DNA from: a bacterium
GTDB taxonomy: Bacteria > Fidelibacterota > Marinisomatia > Marinisomatales > UBA1611
Assembly: GCA_038127595.1 (NCBI GenBank)
Contig: JAYPIC010000001.1
Span: 59,388 to 123,387 of the forward strand
Length of the DNA: 64,000 nt
Reading direction: 5' to 3'
Shown here: positions 61,768 to 64,000 of the stretch, in pieces
Layout: the number at the start of each line of letters is the position of its first letter
Numbering within the stretch: the stretch's first letter is position 1
Notes under the pieces: generated by a model
Databases searched by the model: none
The model's input: the letters and a program-made list of their open reading frames with translations, nothing else
Told to the model about the DNA's origin: nothing
Program-made: the position numbers and the translations under genes

Positions 61768-62811
61768 ATGTCTGACATTAAGCCAAGAGTTAGCATTATT
61801 ATACCGCATTGGAACAATACAGATATTCTGTCTGATTGTTTAGAGTCTATAACATTAACAAGTTATCTTGATCTAGAAACAATTGTTGTTGACAATGCTT
61901 CAACAGATGACAGTGTTGAATGGGTTAAATCTAATTATCCAAATGTAAAGTTAATCGAAAATGATAAAAATTATGGATACGCTGGTGGTTGCAATATTGG
62001 AGCAGAATATGCCTCTGGTGAGTATTTGATCTTTTTGAACAATGATACAACTCAAGACTCTAATTGGGTTTCAAATTTAGTTGACACCATAAGCTCAAAT
62101 TCTAAAATTGCTGCTGTACAACCGAAAGTATTAAACTATTTTGATAAAAATCTTTTTGACTATGCGGGCGGGTCTGGTGGTCACATGGATATTTATTGTT
62201 TTCCAATAGCTAGAGGAAGAGTTTTTCAGCATCAGGAGCAAGATAAAGGTCAATATAATGATGTTGATAAGTGTTTTTGGTCATCAGGAACATGTTTCAT
62301 TGTAAAAAAAGATTTATTCATTCAAGCTAATATGTTTGAAGATTCATTTTTCGCGCACATGGAAGAAATTGATCTTTGTTGGAAATTGCAATCTATGGGT
62401 TATGAGGTTTGGGTTGATCCTAATGCTTTGGTATATCATAAAAATGCATTGACATTGCCAATGTATTCTCACAAAAAATATTATCTAAATCATAGAAATT
62501 CATTATTGATGGTTTTTGGCAATTATTCACTGAAGAATGCTTTCTTGATTGGTTCAACCAGAATTACATTGGAGATTGTTGCTTTTTTATATTCAATTTT
62601 GAAATTTGATTTAAAACATGCTTCTGCAATAATTAGATCAATCGTTTGGATATTATTTAACCCTCATGTGATCATAAAAAAGAGAAAACAGTTTTCAAAA
62701 ATTAGAAAAATAGATGATAATGAGATAATGAGGGGGATGGTAAAAAAATCTGTTGTGTTTGAATATTATTTAAAAAGAAGAAAAACTTATCAAGGCATTC
62801 TATCTAAATAG
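61768..62811 (+). CDS. Family 2 glycosyltransferase
   Basis: VSIIIPHWN, VVDNASTD, NYGYAGGCN, FLNND, FFAHMEEIDLCW. Confidence 0.92.
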   Translation: MSDIKPRVSIIIPHWNNTDILSDCLESITLTSYLDLETIVVDNASTDDSVEWVKSNYPNVKLIENDKNYGYAGGCNIGAEYASGEYLIFLNNDTTQDSNWVSNLVDTISSNSKIAAVQPKVLNYFDKNLFDYAGGSGGHMDIYCFPIARGRVFQHQEQDKGQYNDVDKCFWSSGTCFIVKKDLFIQANMFEDSFFAHMEEIDLCWKLQSMGYEVWVDPNALVYHKNALTLPMYSHKKYYLNHRNSLLMVFGNYSLKNAFLIGSTRITLEIVAFLYSILKFDLKHASAIIRSIVWILFNPHVIIKKRKQFSKIRKIDDNEIMRGMVKKSVVFEYYLKRRKTYQGILSK

Positions 62812-63635
62812 TCATCGTAAAGATCATTATTGTCATGATCTAGTTGCTTAATATCAATAAGTAAATCTTTTCTTCCTAGTTTGCTAAAAGTTTTAGCAAA
62901 AAAATCAGAATGAATTTTCATAAAATATTGCGTTGATTGTTCTCTGCCAAAATCGATATAACTTTTTTCTAAACCATCTAGCATAGTTTTAAATTCATTT
63001 ACAGATTCTTCTATATTACCTTCTTTTAGAAAATCTTTGGCGATATAAAAGGATAATCTAGCGTCTCTTAATCCTGAATTTTTACTAATATCATCAACTA
63101 ATGACACTCTTGTGTTCCAACCTTTTTGATAATCAGAAGAAGAGCCTCTTAGACCTATCTCCCTTGCAATCTCATAAGCTGAATTTCCACCGCGATATTC
63201 ATAGGTGTCAATTACACCTGCTAATATAATATGAGCATAAAAGGCTAAAAATGCTGATAATGGCTCAAAAAGAACTAAGTCAAAATATAAACTTGAGCCA
63301 GGGCTATAAAAAAATTGTGCTCCACTATCAAAATATCTTAGTTCGCTTCCATTAGAAAAAAGTGCCTTGCAAAGATACGTTTTTACATTGCCTTTTGATG
63401 CAGCGCCTTCAAAAATAATTTGAATGTGCAAAGGTATGTTAAGATCAATATATTCTTTATCCCATGCCGTTTTGATAAAAAATTGGCGAATGTCTTCTTT
63501 AAGATTAATTAGGTCATATCTTTCATCGCTCCTTAATAATCTATCATCAAATTCAATTTTAACTGTTCCAAATTGAGCTTCGATTGGGATAATCAAAATA
63601 GTATATGTAATTAAGAGATAGAATAGTCTAGTCAT
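62790..63635 (-). CDS. DUF4835-like exported protein
   Basis: Signal peptide from ATG 63635; LAFYAHIILAG..DT....GG...Y..A..I....GW..R pattern. Confidence 0.6.
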   Translation of the reverse strand: MTRLFYLLITYTILIIPIEAQFGTVKIEFDDRLLRSDERYDLINLKEDIRQFFIKTAWDKEYIDLNIPLHIQIIFEGAASKGNVKTYLCKALFSNGSELRYFDSGAQFFYSPGSSLYFDLVLFEPLSAFLAFYAHIILAGVIDTYEYRGGNSAYEIAREIGLRGSSSDYQKGWNTRVSLVDDISKNSGLRDARLSFYIAKDFLKEGNIEESVNEFKTMLDGLEKSYIDFGREQSTQYFMKIHSDFFAKTFSKLGRKDLLIDIKQLDHDNNDLYDDYLDRMP

Positions 63636-63725
63636 TAATAAAAAATAGATGAAAGCAGTTCCCCTATACAAGCTATTTATCTGACTTATTTTGTGAAACG
63701 ATTATATATGAATTAATTTTTATTA

Positions 63726-64000
63726 ATGAATAATATAAAAAAAATAATTAATCTAAATAAGTATAAGCCGATTTTCGATATGGCGAAAAAGGCTGGTAAG
63801 CTTGCTTATAAAGATAATATCAGGGTTTATATTGTAGGAGGAGTAGTAAGGGACTTGATCCTTGATAAAGATATTCAAGATCTTGATCTTATGGTTGAAG
63901 GAGATGGAATATCCTTTGCTAAAAAGCTCGCAGGAGAAATTGGTGTAAAAAAAATTGTTTCGTTTAATAAATTTGGAACTGCATTGATACCTCACAGGTC
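63726..64000 (+). CDS. cca: CCA-adding tRNA nucleotidyltransferase / poly(A) polymerase family, 5' part (partial)
   Basis: Translated by hand: MNNIKK...VYIVGGVVRDLIL..DIQDLDLMVEGDG..FA...KFGTA. Runs off the window end; not in the ORF track. Confidence 0.85.
   Translation, partial: MNNIKKIINLNKYKPIFDMAKKAGKLAYKDNIRVYIVGGVVRDLILDKDIQDLDLMVEGDGISFAKKLAGEIGVKKIVSFNKFGTALIPHR

Noticed and set aside
601..63995. Many short antisense or alternate-frame ORFs in the track (e.g. 601-816, 4646-4999, 11282-11638, 28990-29328, 54557-54988, 63753-63995)
   Set aside because: They overlap well-supported genes and have no recognisable motifs; shadow ORFs.
1..64000. CRISPR arrays, IS elements, prophage or defence genes
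   Set aside because: No direct-repeat arrays, transposase, integrase or phage motifs were seen by eye.

Overview
AT-rich, densely packed bacterial chromosomal segment with many overlapping or abutting genes. Gene content (DUF2723, DUF4835, DUF4159/DUF4175, PorV/PorQ-like protein, Na+-type membrane pyrophosphatase, Asp-type YbeY) suggests a streamlined marine FCB-group organism such as Marinimicrobia/SAR406; this is inference only. Most of the window is housekeeping: ispF-ispE-tRNA-Gln-prs-rplY-pth-hppA-rpsF-rpsR-rplI-priA, mutY, pepC, mtaB, gcvP, rnpB, ybeY, mazG, envC, holB, metG, tatD, rsmA, rpsU, glmM, rlmD, valS, recG and a partial CCA-adding enzyme. No mobile elements, CRISPR arrays or rRNA were seen. 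The most unusual stretch is about 16.9-25.8 kb. It holds an MthK-like K+ channel with a candidate internal start, followed by a stand-alone cyclic-nucleotide-binding protein; a structured, possibly pseudoknotted leader upstream of a TerB-family gene; a 51-aa peptide built from seven [D/E]RR repeats (candidate c-di-GMP sponge); and a two-gene operon joining a PAS-domain-fused MenA/UbiA prenyltransferase to a CADD-type self-sacrificing pABA synthase. Other points of note are an uncharacterised DUF4159-DUF4175-TPR-secreted amidotransferase-fold operon, a beta-barrel/TPR/BamE-like fusion protein and a frameshifted DUF2723 glycosyltransferase. All family assignments come from motif recognition by eye; no database searches were run.
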